This document shows positions 1 through 9,535 of a stretch of 64,000 nucleotides of DNA, in pieces (position 1 is the first letter of the stretch; every line of letters starts with the position of its first letter). The notes beneath the pieces were generated by a model. The model had not been told where the DNA came from. It made no database searches and worked only from the letters and a program-made list of their open reading frames with translations. This stretch comes from an uncultured Bacilli bacterium (GTDB lineage Bacteria; Bacillota_I; Bacilli_A; RF39; UBA660), in the NCBI GenBank assembly GCA_947624275.1, contig CANQJR010000001.1, positions 1,064-65,063 on the forward strand, written 5' to 3'. The position numbers and the translations under genes were made by a program.

Positions 1-270
1 ATTACTAACATCATATTGAAATTAATTTTCTATCTATCAGGTGTCTTCTATTCAATAGGGACTAGATTGTCCAATCCATTACTCAAAAGATTGTTATTGA
101 AATGTAATCCGATCGCCTTCATCATGGATCAAAGTCGTAACGTCATGATTTATGGAAAGATGCCAAGTTTCATGTGGCTTGCCATTTGGTTTGTCATAGG
201 ATGTATTCTTTCATGGATAGGTATATCTGTCATTCACAAATATGAGAATAGTTATGCAAAGGTGATTTAA
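1..270 (+). CDS. ABC-2 type glycopolymer exporter permease (TagG/Wzm-like), C-terminal fragment; the gene starts upstream of the window
   Basis: Frame is open from the window edge. Hydrophobic C-terminus. Ends 1 nt before a TagH-like ATPase gene (typical permease-ATPase pairing). Confidence 0.5.
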   Translation: MTNIILKLIFYLSGVFYSIGTRLSNPLLKRLLLKCNPIAFIMDQSRNVMIYGKMPSFMWLAIWFVIGCILSWIGISVIHKYENSYAKVI

Positions 271-271
271 T

Positions 272-1108
272 ATGAAAAAGAAAAAAGTCGAGAAGAAAGA
301 AATAGCTATTTCTGTTAAAGATTTACACATTCGTTATCGCAGTTTGAAGAAATTTTCTATTAAAAAATCTCTTTTAAAAATGAAAACGGGTCGCATTGAG
401 ATATTTGAAGCTTTGCGCGGTGTATCCTTCGATGTTGAAAAGGGAAAAATAATTGGTATCGTTGGAAAAAATGGTAGTGGAAAGAGTACTTTGTTGCGCA
501 GCATCGCAGGAATTTTTTCTCCTGATGATGGTGGCATTGATCTTCATGGAAACACGGTTTCACTCTTGAGTATTGGGGTCGGTTTTCAACCGGCTTTGAC
601 GGGATATGAAAACATCTTTCTATCTGGAATGTTGTTAGGATTCAGTGAAGAGGAAGTTCGTGCAAAACTGCAAGACATCATTGATTTCTCAGAACTTGGT
701 AAGTTCATTTACAGTCCTGTCAAGACGTACTCCAGTGGTATGTATTCGAAATTGGCCTTTGCCATCACCGCTATTCTTGAGACTGATATCATGTTGATCG
801 ACGAAGTGTTGAGTGTCGGTGATATTCAATTTAAAGCTAAGAGTTACGCCAAGATGAAAGAATTGATCAGTGATACCAATCGTACCGTCGTCATCGTATC
901 ACATTCCATCTCCACCTTGCGCGAATTGTGTGACACGATTCTCTGGCTGCATGAAGGAAAGATTAAGATGATTGGTGACGTTGATGAGGTTCTCGATAAA
1001 TATCAAGAATTTATGACTGATGATGCCCTTAAAAAAGAAGAGGCTAAGAAAAGGGAAGAAGAACAGGTTACTAAAGCCATCAAAGAACAAGTTAAGAAAA
1101 ATGCTTAA
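272..1108 (+). CDS. Polysaccharide/teichoic-acid ABC exporter ATP-binding protein (TagH/Wzt/RgpD-like)
   Basis: Walker A GKNGSGKST, ABC signature LSGGM-like YSSGM, Walker B LIDEV; short Lys/Glu-rich C-terminal tail. Confidence 0.8.
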   Translation: MKKKKVEKKEIAISVKDLHIRYRSLKKFSIKKSLLKMKTGRIEIFEALRGVSFDVEKGKIIGIVGKNGSGKSTLLRSIAGIFSPDDGGIDLHGNTVSLLSIGVGFQPALTGYENIFLSGMLLGFSEEEVRAKLQDIIDFSELGKFIYSPVKTYSSGMYSKLAFAITAILETDIMLIDEVLSVGDIQFKAKSYAKMKELISDTNRTVVIVSHSISTLRELCDTILWLHEGKIKMIGDVDEVLDKYQEFMTDDALKKEEAKKREEEQVTKAIKEQVKKNA

Positions 1109-1165
1109 TTGTTCTTTTTCTTTTCTCTAAATGATATTGATGATATAATCTATTTAGGTGGTAAG

Positions 1166-2116
1166 ATGATAAAAGTAAGTGTGATCGTACCTGTTTATAA
1201 TACAGAAAAATATTTGGAAGAATGTCTTACGAGTTTAGTAGAACAAAACTTTGATTCTTTTGAAGTCATCGTTATAAATGATGGAAGTACGGATGGTTGT
1301 CAAAAGATTATTGATCAGTTTCAAAAAGATTATCCGCAATTGATAAGGGCGTATTCTTTTCCCAATCGCGGCATTAGTGTGAGCCGTAACTATGGCATTA
1401 GTGTTGCCAAAGGGAAATACTTGACCTTTATTGATAGTGATGACTACGTTCACATCAATTTTTTATCTGATATGTATAATCGCATTGAAGAAGCTAAAGC
1501 TGATATGGTAGTCTGTGATTATTACACTGTCAAAGATGGCAATATTGCGATGTTCAAATTGGATGATTTTGAAGATGGCAGTATAAAGACTAATCCTCAA
1601 TTATTATTAAAAGTCAATTCATCGCCATGCAATAAGTTATTTAAAAAGACTCTTTTTAAAAAATTCCAGTTTGAAAAGATAAAATATGAAGATTTACTAT
1701 TGGTGACTAAACTGGTTTGCAGTTCTAAGAAAATTGTCAAATTGAATAAGCATTTAAACTTTTTCCGCGTTCGTGAAAACAGTGAGACGACAGTCGTTGA
1801 TGACCGCGTTTTTGACGTTTTAAAGATTCTTCAAAATTTGAATTCATATTTTGAAGAAATAGGTATTTATGAAAAATATTATGATGAAATTGAATATTTC
1901 AATATCTATCGCGTAGCGATGTATGTGATTCAAGAAAGATATCAAAAGAGTCGTAAAATAAGAAAGAAATTTATTAGGGAAGCCTTTATGTTCTTAAAGA
2001 ATAATTTCCCCAATTGGCGCAAGAACAAATATTATGGAAAACGTCAATTCTTGAAGAAAATGGTTGAGAGCCATCGCTTTTTGGCCACTTTATACGTAGA
2101 TACTTACAGGAGGTGA
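1166..2116 (+). CDS. Family 2 glycosyltransferase
   Basis: N-terminus VSVIVPVYNTEKYLEECL, DGSTDG and DSDD motifs typical of GT2; RBS AGGTGG 5 nt upstream of the ATG at 1166. ATG 1109 is also possible but 1166 has the better RBS. Confidence 0.8.
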   Translation: MIKVSVIVPVYNTEKYLEECLTSLVEQNFDSFEVIVINDGSTDGCQKIIDQFQKDYPQLIRAYSFPNRGISVSRNYGISVAKGKYLTFIDSDDYVHINFLSDMYNRIEEAKADMVVCDYYTVKDGNIAMFKLDDFEDGSIKTNPQLLLKVNSSPCNKLFKKTLFKKFQFEKIKYEDLLLVTKLVCSSKKIVKLNKHLNFFRVRENSETTVVDDRVFDVLKILQNLNSYFEEIGIYEKYYDEIEYFNIYRVAMYVIQERYQKSRKIRKKFIREAFMFLKNNFPNWRKNKYYGKRQFLKKMVESHRFLATLYVDTYRR

Positions 2117-2120
2117 CATC

Positions 2121-4598
2121 GTGAAAAGAAACATCAATAAACTGTTTTATGCCTTTTTATTAATCCAACCATTGATTGATCTCATAACGGGTATAATGAC
2201 TAAGTATGAAATAGGTTTTTTGTCCATCGGTATGCTCATAAGAGGATTATTCATATTGATGATGTTGATCTATTTATTCTTCTTTTGCAATACTAAATAT
2301 AAGAATTTGTCCATTGGTTATGTATTTTTATTATTGTTGTATTGTATCGCATACTTTGTCTCTAAGACAGAGTTGTTGACCAACACGGCCTTTTTCATCA
2401 ACGATTTTACTTATTTGTTCAAATACATCTATTTTTTATTGTTGTTCATAACTATCTTGAACTTCTATCATCAATTCGCTTTGGAACGCGAGACAATAAT
2501 AAAGATATTTGTCATCGATTTATCGGCATACGTCTTTTTGATCATTTTGCCTTTTATCACCAACAGCAGTTTTACTTCATATTATCAAAATAAAGGGTAT
2601 GGAGTAGTCGGATGGTTTTACGCTGCCAATGACATCAGTAATATTCTGGCCATCTTATTTCCGTTACTAATCTATTCAATGAATAAAAAATTTGATTTTT
2701 TTAAAGTGTTATTAGCTGTGTTTGCCATCTTTTCCAGTTTTTTAATTGGTACTAAAGTAGCTTATTTTGGACTTCTTTTAACCATTGTTTTCAGCATCAT
2801 TTATTATCTATTCTTTTTTAAGAAGAGATGGAAACATCTGATCATGTTGGTTCTTCTCTTACTATTTGCCATTTTTTTTGGAAAAAATTCTTATGTCATC
2901 GAAAATATTAAGAATCGCATTGATAGATATGACCATTATCAAGATACGGGAACGAATGAAATTGATGACGATCTCGATATCATTGTCAAAGATGGCGATA
3001 GTGAAATCAGTCTCGTATTATTGAGTTCTAGAGATAGGATACTTCAAAATACATATGATATTTACAAGACGCGTGCTTTGGGAGAGAAACTTTTTGGAAT
3101 CGGTTTTTCCAATCGACCAAGTGTCGATAACTCTCGCATTGAAAAATTGATCGAAATGGATTTCTTTGACGTGTTATTTCATGGAGGAATCATCTTAGTG
3201 ATCTTATATCTATTACCATATCTCTTCCTCCTCAGCTATTTCGTGAACTATCTCAAAGTGAACAAATGGCATATCGATATGTTGGGATGGACCTTGGGTT
3301 ATGCGATTGGCCTTGGCTTTTGCATCAGTTGTTTTGGTGGACACCTCTTTTCTTCACCAGCCGTGCTCATATATTATACAATGCTGTTGATTCTCTTCCT
3401 CGATGTCTATGAGACCGAAAAAAAATTGAAAAAGAGAATATCATTCCTTTTGTTGCATTTGGGAAATGGTGGTATCGAAAGATCGACCATCAATACGGCA
3501 AATGCTTTGGCTAAATATTTTGACATAGAGTTAGTCGTCACTTATAAACTTTCTGAAGAATTGTTATATGACGTCGATAAAAAAATAAAAATAACTTATT
3601 TGATCGATAGTGATATAGCTCTACGTCTACAAAAATATAAAGAAATGTTAAAACGCCGTGAGCTGAGAGCTCTTTATCAAAGTCTTAAAAACGATTATTT
3701 TAAAACGCATCGCTTTAAAAATTTTTGGAAAGATGTTAGTGATGGTTGTCGCGTTTTGGTTTTGAAGAGAAAGACGATGATCAACTATTTAAAACAGAGT
3801 GATAGCGATATCATCATTTCGACGCGAATGGAATACTCGACGCTTTTGAGTCAATATGGACATAATAATTGTAAAAAGATAATGATTGAGCACCAGCATC
3901 ATCGTCACAATGCGAAATATATTAAAAAGTTTAGTACAGAACTTAAGAATATCAACTATTTGGTAGCATTGACGGAGAGTTTGCGAAGCGATTACTATCA
4001 TTTCATCGCTCGCGATGCTAAAACGGAGATAGTGTGCATTCCCAATATGATAGTTGATTTCCCAAGACGAACAGCTAACTTAAAAAGTGGTACCGTCATC
4101 AGTATCGGTCGTTTAGTTGAAGGCAAAAGAGTTGATGAAATAGTGGAAGTAGCGGCTAAAATACCAAAAGTCAACTTTGAAATAATTGGCGATGGTGATC
4201 AGATGGACAAACTTAAGAAGTTGATCGATGAAAAAAATATCAATAACGTCAATCTCCTCGGTCAATTGAAAAATGACGAAGCCTTAAAACATCTATCCAA
4301 AGCCAGTCTCTTCATCATGACTAGCGTCACCGAATGCTTACCAATGGTTTTGTTGGAGGCCTTCAGTTATGGTGTTCCAGTCGTCGCTTATCAAACAGAG
4401 AGTGGTGTCTCTGATATTGTGGATGATGGTATCAATGGCTATGTCATTCAAAATCGTCACCGTGAAGAAATGATTGAAAGGGTTAACGAATTGATGAATG
4501 ATCCTAAAAAAAGACAAACTTTTGGCAAAGAGGCAAAAAAGAAAGCGCTCTCTTATAGTGAAGAAGAAGTCATAAAGAAATGGTTAGAAATATTATGA
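2121..4598 (+). CDS. Fusion protein: polytopic O-antigen ligase/polymerase-like (Wzy_C) membrane domain + GT4 (GT1 superfamily) glycosyltransferase
   Basis: GTG start with RBS AGGAGGTGA. About 10-12 TM helices with a RALGEKLFGIGFSN loop and an FHGGIILV (His) motif, as in WaaL/Wzy. C-terminal half has the GT4 signature (EAFSYGVPVVAY...GINGYV). Confidence 0.7.
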   Translation: MKRNINKLFYAFLLIQPLIDLITGIMTKYEIGFLSIGMLIRGLFILMMLIYLFFFCNTKYKNLSIGYVFLLLLYCIAYFVSKTELLTNTAFFINDFTYLFKYIYFLLLFITILNFYHQFALERETIIKIFVIDLSAYVFLIILPFITNSSFTSYYQNKGYGVVGWFYAANDISNILAILFPLLIYSMNKKFDFFKVLLAVFAIFSSFLIGTKVAYFGLLLTIVFSIIYYLFFFKKRWKHLIMLVLLLLFAIFFGKNSYVIENIKNRIDRYDHYQDTGTNEIDDDLDIIVKDGDSEISLVLLSSRDRILQNTYDIYKTRALGEKLFGIGFSNRPSVDNSRIEKLIEMDFFDVLFHGGIILVILYLLPYLFLLSYFVNYLKVNKWHIDMLGWTLGYAIGLGFCISCFGGHLFSSPAVLIYYTMLLILFLDVYETEKKLKKRISFLLLHLGNGGIERSTINTANALAKYFDIELVVTYKLSEELLYDVDKKIKITYLIDSDIALRLQKYKEMLKRRELRALYQSLKNDYFKTHRFKNFWKDVSDGCRVLVLKRKTMINYLKQSDSDIIISTRMEYSTLLSQYGHNNCKKIMIEHQHHRHNAKYIKKFSTELKNINYLVALTESLRSDYYHFIARDAKTEIVCIPNMIVDFPRRTANLKSGTVISIGRLVEGKRVDEIVEVAAKIPKVNFEIIGDGDQMDKLKKLIDEKNINNVNLLGQLKNDEALKHLSKASLFIMTSVTECLPMVLLEAFSYGVPVVAYQTESGVSDIVDDGINGYVIQNRHREEMIERVNELMNDPKKRQTFGKEAKKKALSYSEEEVIKKWLEIL

Positions 4599-4608
4599 TT
4601 TCTTTTTT
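4586..4608 (+). terminator. Rho-independent terminator at the end of the ligase-GT4 fusion gene
   Basis: AGAAAT-attatg-ATTTCT stem with the stop codon in the loop, followed by TTTTTT. Confidence 0.55.
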
Positions 4609-4660
4609 ATTGTTCAATGAAATTTACTATGTTATAATTAACGTATAGAGTGGTGGTAAT

Positions 4661-5134
4661 ATGAAAAAGAGAGTATTGTTTATTTCATCGACAGGAGGAC
4701 ATTTATCAGAATTACTCCAACTCAGCCCAATGTTTAATAAGTATGATTATCTCTTAGTGACTGAGAAGACTAAATCCAATATGGATTTATTGAACAAATA
4801 TCCTGGTAAAGTAAAATTCTTGGTTTACGGCACTAAATCTCATTTTTTAGTTTACCCATTCAAATTGTTTTACAATTGCATTAAAAGTTTGATTTTCTTT
4901 TGGCAATTTCGACCACATGCTGTCATAACTACAGGAGCTCATACTGGTGGACCGATGTGCTGCATTGCCAAATTGTTTGGCGCTAAAGTCATATACATTG
5001 AAACTTTGGCCAACTTATATACCAAGACGATAACTGGTCGTCTCGTTTACCATATTGCTGATTTGTTCATCGTTCAATGGGAGAGCATGTTGAAACTGTA
5101 TCCTAAAGCGACGTATGGAGGGTGGATTTATTAA
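4661..5134 (+). CDS. Alg14-like glycosyltransferase membrane-anchor subunit (Cps14F/EpsE/PssD family)
   Basis: FISSTGGHLSEL N-terminus, size about 157 aa, immediately followed by an Alg13-like partner gene. Confidence 0.75.
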   Translation: MKKRVLFISSTGGHLSELLQLSPMFNKYDYLLVTEKTKSNMDLLNKYPGKVKFLVYGTKSHFLVYPFKLFYNCIKSLIFFWQFRPHAVITTGAHTGGPMCCIAKLFGAKVIYIETLANLYTKTITGRLVYHIADLFIVQWESMLKLYPKATYGGWIY

Positions 5135-5613
5135 TGATATTTGTCACACTGGGAACCCAAGATAAAAATTTCGATCGCTTGCTTGTTGCCATTGATCGTG
5201 AAATAAAGAGGGGAAATATAAAAGAAAAAGTAATTGTTCAATCAGGAACGACTAATTTTAAATCTGACAATATGGAAATATTTGATTTGATCAGCAAAGA
5301 AGAATTTGAAAAACTCATCAAGAAATGTGACCTTTTGATAACCCATGGTGGTGTCGGTAGTATTTTGACCGGTTTATCTCACAACAAAAAGGTGATCGCA
5401 GCGGCTAGACTATCGAAGTATAAAGAACATATCAATGATCATCAAGTACAAATTGTTGAGGACTTTGCCAAGAAGGGCTATATTTTGGAATTGAAGGATT
5501 TCTCTAAATTGGACGAAGTAATTGCGAAAAGCAAGACGTTCAAACCCAAAAAATATCAAAGCAATACGCATAATATGATCAAATTATTAGAAGATTATAT
5601 CGATAACATATAA
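5134..5613 (+). CDS. Alg13-like glycosyltransferase catalytic subunit (Cps14G/EpsF/PssE family)
   Basis: IFVTLGTQ...ITHGGVGSIL motifs of the GT28 C-terminal-like domain; ATG overlaps the upstream stop (TAATG). GTG 5122 is an alternative start. Confidence 0.75.
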   Translation: MIFVTLGTQDKNFDRLLVAIDREIKRGNIKEKVIVQSGTTNFKSDNMEIFDLISKEEFEKLIKKCDLLITHGGVGSILTGLSHNKKVIAAARLSKYKEHINDHQVQIVEDFAKKGYILELKDFSKLDEVIAKSKTFKPKKYQSNTHNMIKLLEDYIDNI

Positions 5614-5694
5614 TCTTTTTTATTTAACATTTTATTTGTAAAATAACGTAAATTTATTTGTAAAACATTGTAATTTGATGTAAATGAAATTATT

Positions 5695-5925
5695 ATGATA
5701 ATAGGGAGTGTGATAAAAGTGATCTATCCGTCAATTGATAAGCTGTTGAACGTCGTTGATTCCAAATATCAATTAGTTCATATAGCCGCTCGAAGAAGTC
5801 GTGAGATGTCCAAAACCGATTTCTACCAAATGCCAATTAATAAGTATAAATCAACTAAAAATATTGGAAAGGCACTTGAAGAAGTGGCTGAAGGCTTAAT
5901 CACGATAAAGAGAGAAGAAGAATAA
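5695..5925 (+). CDS. rpoZ: DNA-directed RNA polymerase subunit omega
   Basis: YPSIDKLL...SKYQLVHIAARRSREM matches the RpoZ core. The true start may be GTG 5710 or 5719, after RBS AGGGAG. Confidence 0.8.
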   Translation: MIIGSVIKVIYPSIDKLLNVVDSKYQLVHIAARRSREMSKTDFYQMPINKYKSTKNIGKALEEVAEGLITIKREEE

Positions 5926-5996
5926 TTCTTTTTTCTTTTTCACATCTTGCCAAACATTTGTTTTATGATATAATGAAGTTGACTAGAGGTGAAATT

Positions 5997-6731
5997 ATGC
6001 GCGTTGAAAAATTTACTAAAACGAAAAATGGGATGTACAAATTGTCATTGGAAAACGGTCAGGAAGTCTTAGCTCATGAAGAATTGATTCTGAATAAAAA
6101 TATTCTACTGACAAGAGAAATCTATGATAGTGACCTTGCCAATATAGACCAATTGAACAATAATTATAATGCCTATGATTTGGCCATTAAATACATTAGC
6201 AAAAGAAATCGCAGCTGTTATGAAGTATATGAATATCTTCTTGAAAAGGATGTTGATCGCATAGTGGTTTCAGAAGTAGTTGCCCGTTTGAAAAAACAGA
6301 AATATTTAGATGATGCAGTCTACGCTAAAGCCTTTATAAATGATCGCATTAAGTTTTCTAATAATGGACCATATAAAATAAAAAAAGAATTAGAAGAACG
6401 CCATATAGCTGATTCTATCATCGAAGAAACTCTGAGCGTATTTGACAGCAAACTGGAGACAGAGCGACTTAATAAACTGGTTCCCAAATATGTGAACACC
6501 ATTCACAATAAGAGCTATGTGATGATGATCAAGAAAGTGAATGATTATTTTGCTAGTCTCGGTTATCACCAAAACATCGTGGGAAGTATTCTTCGAAATG
6601 TCGATTATGATGATAGTAAATCTAGAGAAAAAGAGTATAATAAACTAAAAAAGAAGTTTGCTTCCAAATACTCTGGTAGTGAATTGGAATCTAAAATAAA
6701 GCAAATTATGTATAATCACGGATATAGATAA
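5997..6731 (+). CDS. recX: Regulatory protein RecX
   Basis: Three-helical-repeat RecX-like sequence (CYEVYEYLLEK..., YLDDAVYAKAFINDR...); RBS GAGGTGA before ATG 5997. The ORF track begins at 5958. Confidence 0.65.
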   Translation: MRVEKFTKTKNGMYKLSLENGQEVLAHEELILNKNILLTREIYDSDLANIDQLNNNYNAYDLAIKYISKRNRSCYEVYEYLLEKDVDRIVVSEVVARLKKQKYLDDAVYAKAFINDRIKFSNNGPYKIKKELEERHIADSIIEETLSVFDSKLETERLNKLVPKYVNTIHNKSYVMMIKKVNDYFASLGYHQNIVGSILRNVDYDDSKSREKEYNKLKKKFASKYSGSELESKIKQIMYNHGYR

Positions 6732-6764
6732 AATAAAAAAGGAATTTTTCATTCCTTTCTTTTT

Positions 6765-7799
6765 TTACTCATCTTCACTTTTTTGTGGTTCTTTGTTGTT
6801 GTCGAGATATGTTTTGTACTGTTTCTTTAATTCAGTGTCCTGAATAGTTACTCCATACTCATCTCTTAGAGCAGCTAATGATTTAACTTGCAATGTTTCA
6901 TCTTCATTCTTTTTCTCTTCAGCTAAGTCATCTAAAATACTATCTTTGACATCATCTAAAGCTGGTTTATCTTTTTGTCCAGTTTTTAAAATGATGTGAT
7001 ATCCATATTCAGATTCAACTGGTTCTTTAGTATATTCATCAACTTTTAACTTCTTAGTAGCATCTTCGAATGATTCTACCATATCATCGCGATCAAACCA
7101 ACCGACATCTCCGCCTTTGCTGGCAGAAGAATCTTCAGAATTGTCTTTAGCCAATTGAGCAAAGACATCTTTGACTTTATCTTTATCAGCATCGTTTAAT
7201 TTCTTGATCAAGTCTTCAGCTTTCTTTTTAGCTGTATCTTTAGCTTTTTGAATTTCTTCATCGCTAGCGTCATCAGCATAATTAGCTTTGATCAAAATGT
7301 GACTAGCACGCATCTCACCAATGATGTTATCATCGTAATATTCTTTTATTTCTTTATCCTTGATAACTTCTTTTTTAATGTAGTCTTCATTAGCTAAATC
7401 TCTTTTGTAGTTCAAAGACATGACATCACGCATCTCTTGTTCAGTACTTGTACCATACATGGCATAAATAAAGCTTTCAAAACTGTTATATTGTGAAGCA
7501 TAAACTGTTTCATAATAATATTTGTATTGTTCTACTTGGCTATCGATAGCTTCTTTTTCAGCTTCATCAGTTTTATAGATCTCATCTAATAATTGTTTAT
7601 CAATCATATCTAACAATACTGATAGAGCATATTGATTTTTCATATTTTCATATAATGAATCTATTGAAATATCTTTTCCCTTCTTAATAGTTGCGACTGC
7701 TTCTTGACCATTTTCTAATTTAGGAACTTTTCCACAACTAGTTACCAACAATAGGACAACAAATAGACAAGCTAATAATTTTTTTGAATTTTTCATCAT
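6765..7799 (-). CDS. prsA: Foldase lipoprotein PrsA (parvulin-type peptidyl-prolyl isomerase)
   Basis: Lipobox LVTSCG after the signal peptide; parvulin motif ASHILIK; RBS AAGGAGAGGAA upstream of the ATGATG start at 7799. Confidence 0.8.
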   Translation of the reverse strand: MMKNSKKLLACLFVVLLLVTSCGKVPKLENGQEAVATIKKGKDISIDSLYENMKNQYALSVLLDMIDKQLLDEIYKTDEAEKEAIDSQVEQYKYYYETVYASQYNSFESFIYAMYGTSTEQEMRDVMSLNYKRDLANEDYIKKEVIKDKEIKEYYDDNIIGEMRASHILIKANYADDASDEEIQKAKDTAKKKAEDLIKKLNDADKDKVKDVFAQLAKDNSEDSSASKGGDVGWFDRDDMVESFEDATKKLKVDEYTKEPVESEYGYHIILKTGQKDKPALDDVKDSILDDLAEEKKNEDETLQVKSLAALRDEYGVTIQDTELKKQYKTYLDNNKEPQKSEDE

Positions 7800-7943
7800 T
7801 TTCCTCTCCTTTGTATACATATTTATCATAACAAATCTAAAAATAAAAAACAATTATTTTGCGAAATTTTTAGCAATAGTCCGAACACTTTTAACCCTTT
7901 TTCCATAAAATAAGGTGAGTAATAAAAAAAGGAGGATTGAATT

Positions 7944-8024
7944 ATGAGCAACTATATGTCTTCATCAGCAATTATTTTAGTATTATTTATTTTATTAGTA
8001 ATTATCTTAGGAGCTTGGGTATAA
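7944..8024 (+). CDS. Tiny single-TM peptide (26 aa, MSNYMSSSAIILVLFILLVIILGAWV), YjcZ/TIGR01732-like
   Basis: Strong RBS AAAAAGGAGGATTGA; hydrophobic core FILLVIILGAW. Below the ORF-track length cutoff. Confidence 0.55.
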   Translation: MSNYMSSSAIILVLFILLVIILGAWV

Positions 8025-8036
8025 AGGAGGTGTATT

Positions 8037-8147
8037 ATGAATTCTAATCAGTGTTGTGAAAGCAGCAAAGGAAGTTCTGGATTCGTATTCATAATCGTAT
8101 TGTACATTTTACTTGCGATTATTTTAGGTTCTTGGGTTTCTTGCTAA
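8037..8147 (+). CDS. Tiny single-TM peptide (36 aa, MNSNQCCESSKGSSGFVFIIVLYILLAIILGSWVSC), paralogue of the preceding one
   Basis: RBS AAGGAGG; shares the IVLxILLxIILGxWV core with the 7944 ORF. Confidence 0.55.
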   Translation: MNSNQCCESSKGSSGFVFIIVLYILLAIILGSWVSC

Positions 8148-8187
8148 AAAATTAATAAAAGATAAAAAAATAAAAGAGGTGACTCTT

Positions 8188-8580
8188 TTATTTTAATTTG
8201 TCGAAAATTTCTTGAATATTCTTGGTTTGAAGTTTTGTCTCTAAATGCAAATCATCATCGGCATATCTCGGAATTAAATGCATGTGATAATGTTTAACTT
8301 CTTGTCCGTAATCGTTGTTTTGGATGAGTGTCAAACCCTCACAACCAAGTCTATCGCGGTAGATGGGATAAAGTTTTTTGACCACTTCTTGAACGTGACT
8401 CAATGTCTGATCATCACAATCTAAGACGTTGTTGTAATGTTTTTTGGGAACGATTAAAGAATGGCCATCTGCTTGGGGGTTAACATCTAAAAAGACTGAG
8501 ACGACATCATCTTCATAGACGATATTACTAGGTATTTCGCCATTTATAATTTTACAAAAAATGCAATCCATAAATTTCAC
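8188..8580 (-). CDS. HIT family (histidine triad) nucleotide hydrolase
   Basis: HYHMHLIPR histidine triad; C-x-x-C near the N-terminus (CIFCKI). Confidence 0.85.
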   Translation of the reverse strand: MKFMDCIFCKIINGEIPSNIVYEDDVVSVFLDVNPQADGHSLIVPKKHYNNVLDCDDQTLSHVQEVVKKLYPIYRDRLGCEGLTLIQNNDYGQEVKHYHMHLIPRYADDDLHLETKLQTKNIQEIFDKLK

Positions 8581-8796
8581 CTCTAGTAAAATTATATAAA
8601 TAATAATAAAATATTACAAGCAAGAAAAAAGATACTTTTAAGTATCTATATGAATACAGCAAATATTCACATTTTTATAGTGATGTTTTATCAAAATTTT
8701 ATACATCTATCAAACTGCCTTTTTTTCACAAAATTCGATTATTTTTTTCCATTTTGTGTTATAATATCAAGTAGTTGACAAAGGAGGTCTTGCACT

Positions 8797-9534
8797 ATGC
8801 TAAAAATTGATGATTTATCTGTCGAAGTTGATGAACGTGACATTTTAAAAAATTTTGAAATGTCTATTGGCGATGGCGAAATTCATGCCTTGATGGGACC
8901 CAATGGAACTGGTAAGAGCACTTTGTCAAAAGTTATTATGGGTTGTCCAGATTATGTCTTAAAAAGTGGAAAAATTTACTTTAATGGAGAAGACATAACC
9001 GATTTGGAAGTTGATGAGCGCAGTCGCAAAGGGATCTTTTTATCCATGCAGTCACCCATCAGCATCGAAGGTGTTTCCAACAGCGAATTTTTGCGCACGG
9101 CATTGAATGCGCGCAGTTCTGAACCGATTCAATTGTTTGATTTCATCAAGATGATGGAAAGCAATATGCAAGAATTAGACATAAAAAATGACATCGTTCA
9201 CAAACCGATCAATGAGGGAAGTAGTGGGGGAGAGCGAAAGAAAAATGAAGTTCTCCAAATCAAAGTTTTAAAACCGACCCTAATCATTTTAGATGAGGTC
9301 GATAGTGGTCTCGATGTCGACAGTTTAAAAGTCGTTTGTAATAATATTAATAAATATCGTGAAGAAAATCCTAAAGTATCTATTTTGATCATTACACACT
9401 ATGCAAGAATTTTGGAATACATCAAACCAGATTATGTCCACGTCATGGTCGATGGTAAAATCGTCAAGACCGGTGATTATGATTTGGCTTTGGAAATTGA
9501 TAAGACCGGTTATACTGAATGGGTAAATTTGTAG
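8797..9534 (+). CDS. sufC: Fe-S cluster assembly ATPase SufC
   Basis: Walker A GPNGTGKST; SufC-type motifs; first gene of a suf cluster. Confidence 0.9.
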   Translation: MLKIDDLSVEVDERDILKNFEMSIGDGEIHALMGPNGTGKSTLSKVIMGCPDYVLKSGKIYFNGEDITDLEVDERSRKGIFLSMQSPISIEGVSNSEFLRTALNARSSEPIQLFDFIKMMESNMQELDIKNDIVHKPINEGSSGGERKKNEVLQIKVLKPTLIILDEVDSGLDVDSLKVVCNNINKYREENPKVSILIITHYARILEYIKPDYVHVMVDGKIVKTGDYDLALEIDKTGYTEWVNL

Positions 9535-9535
9535 T

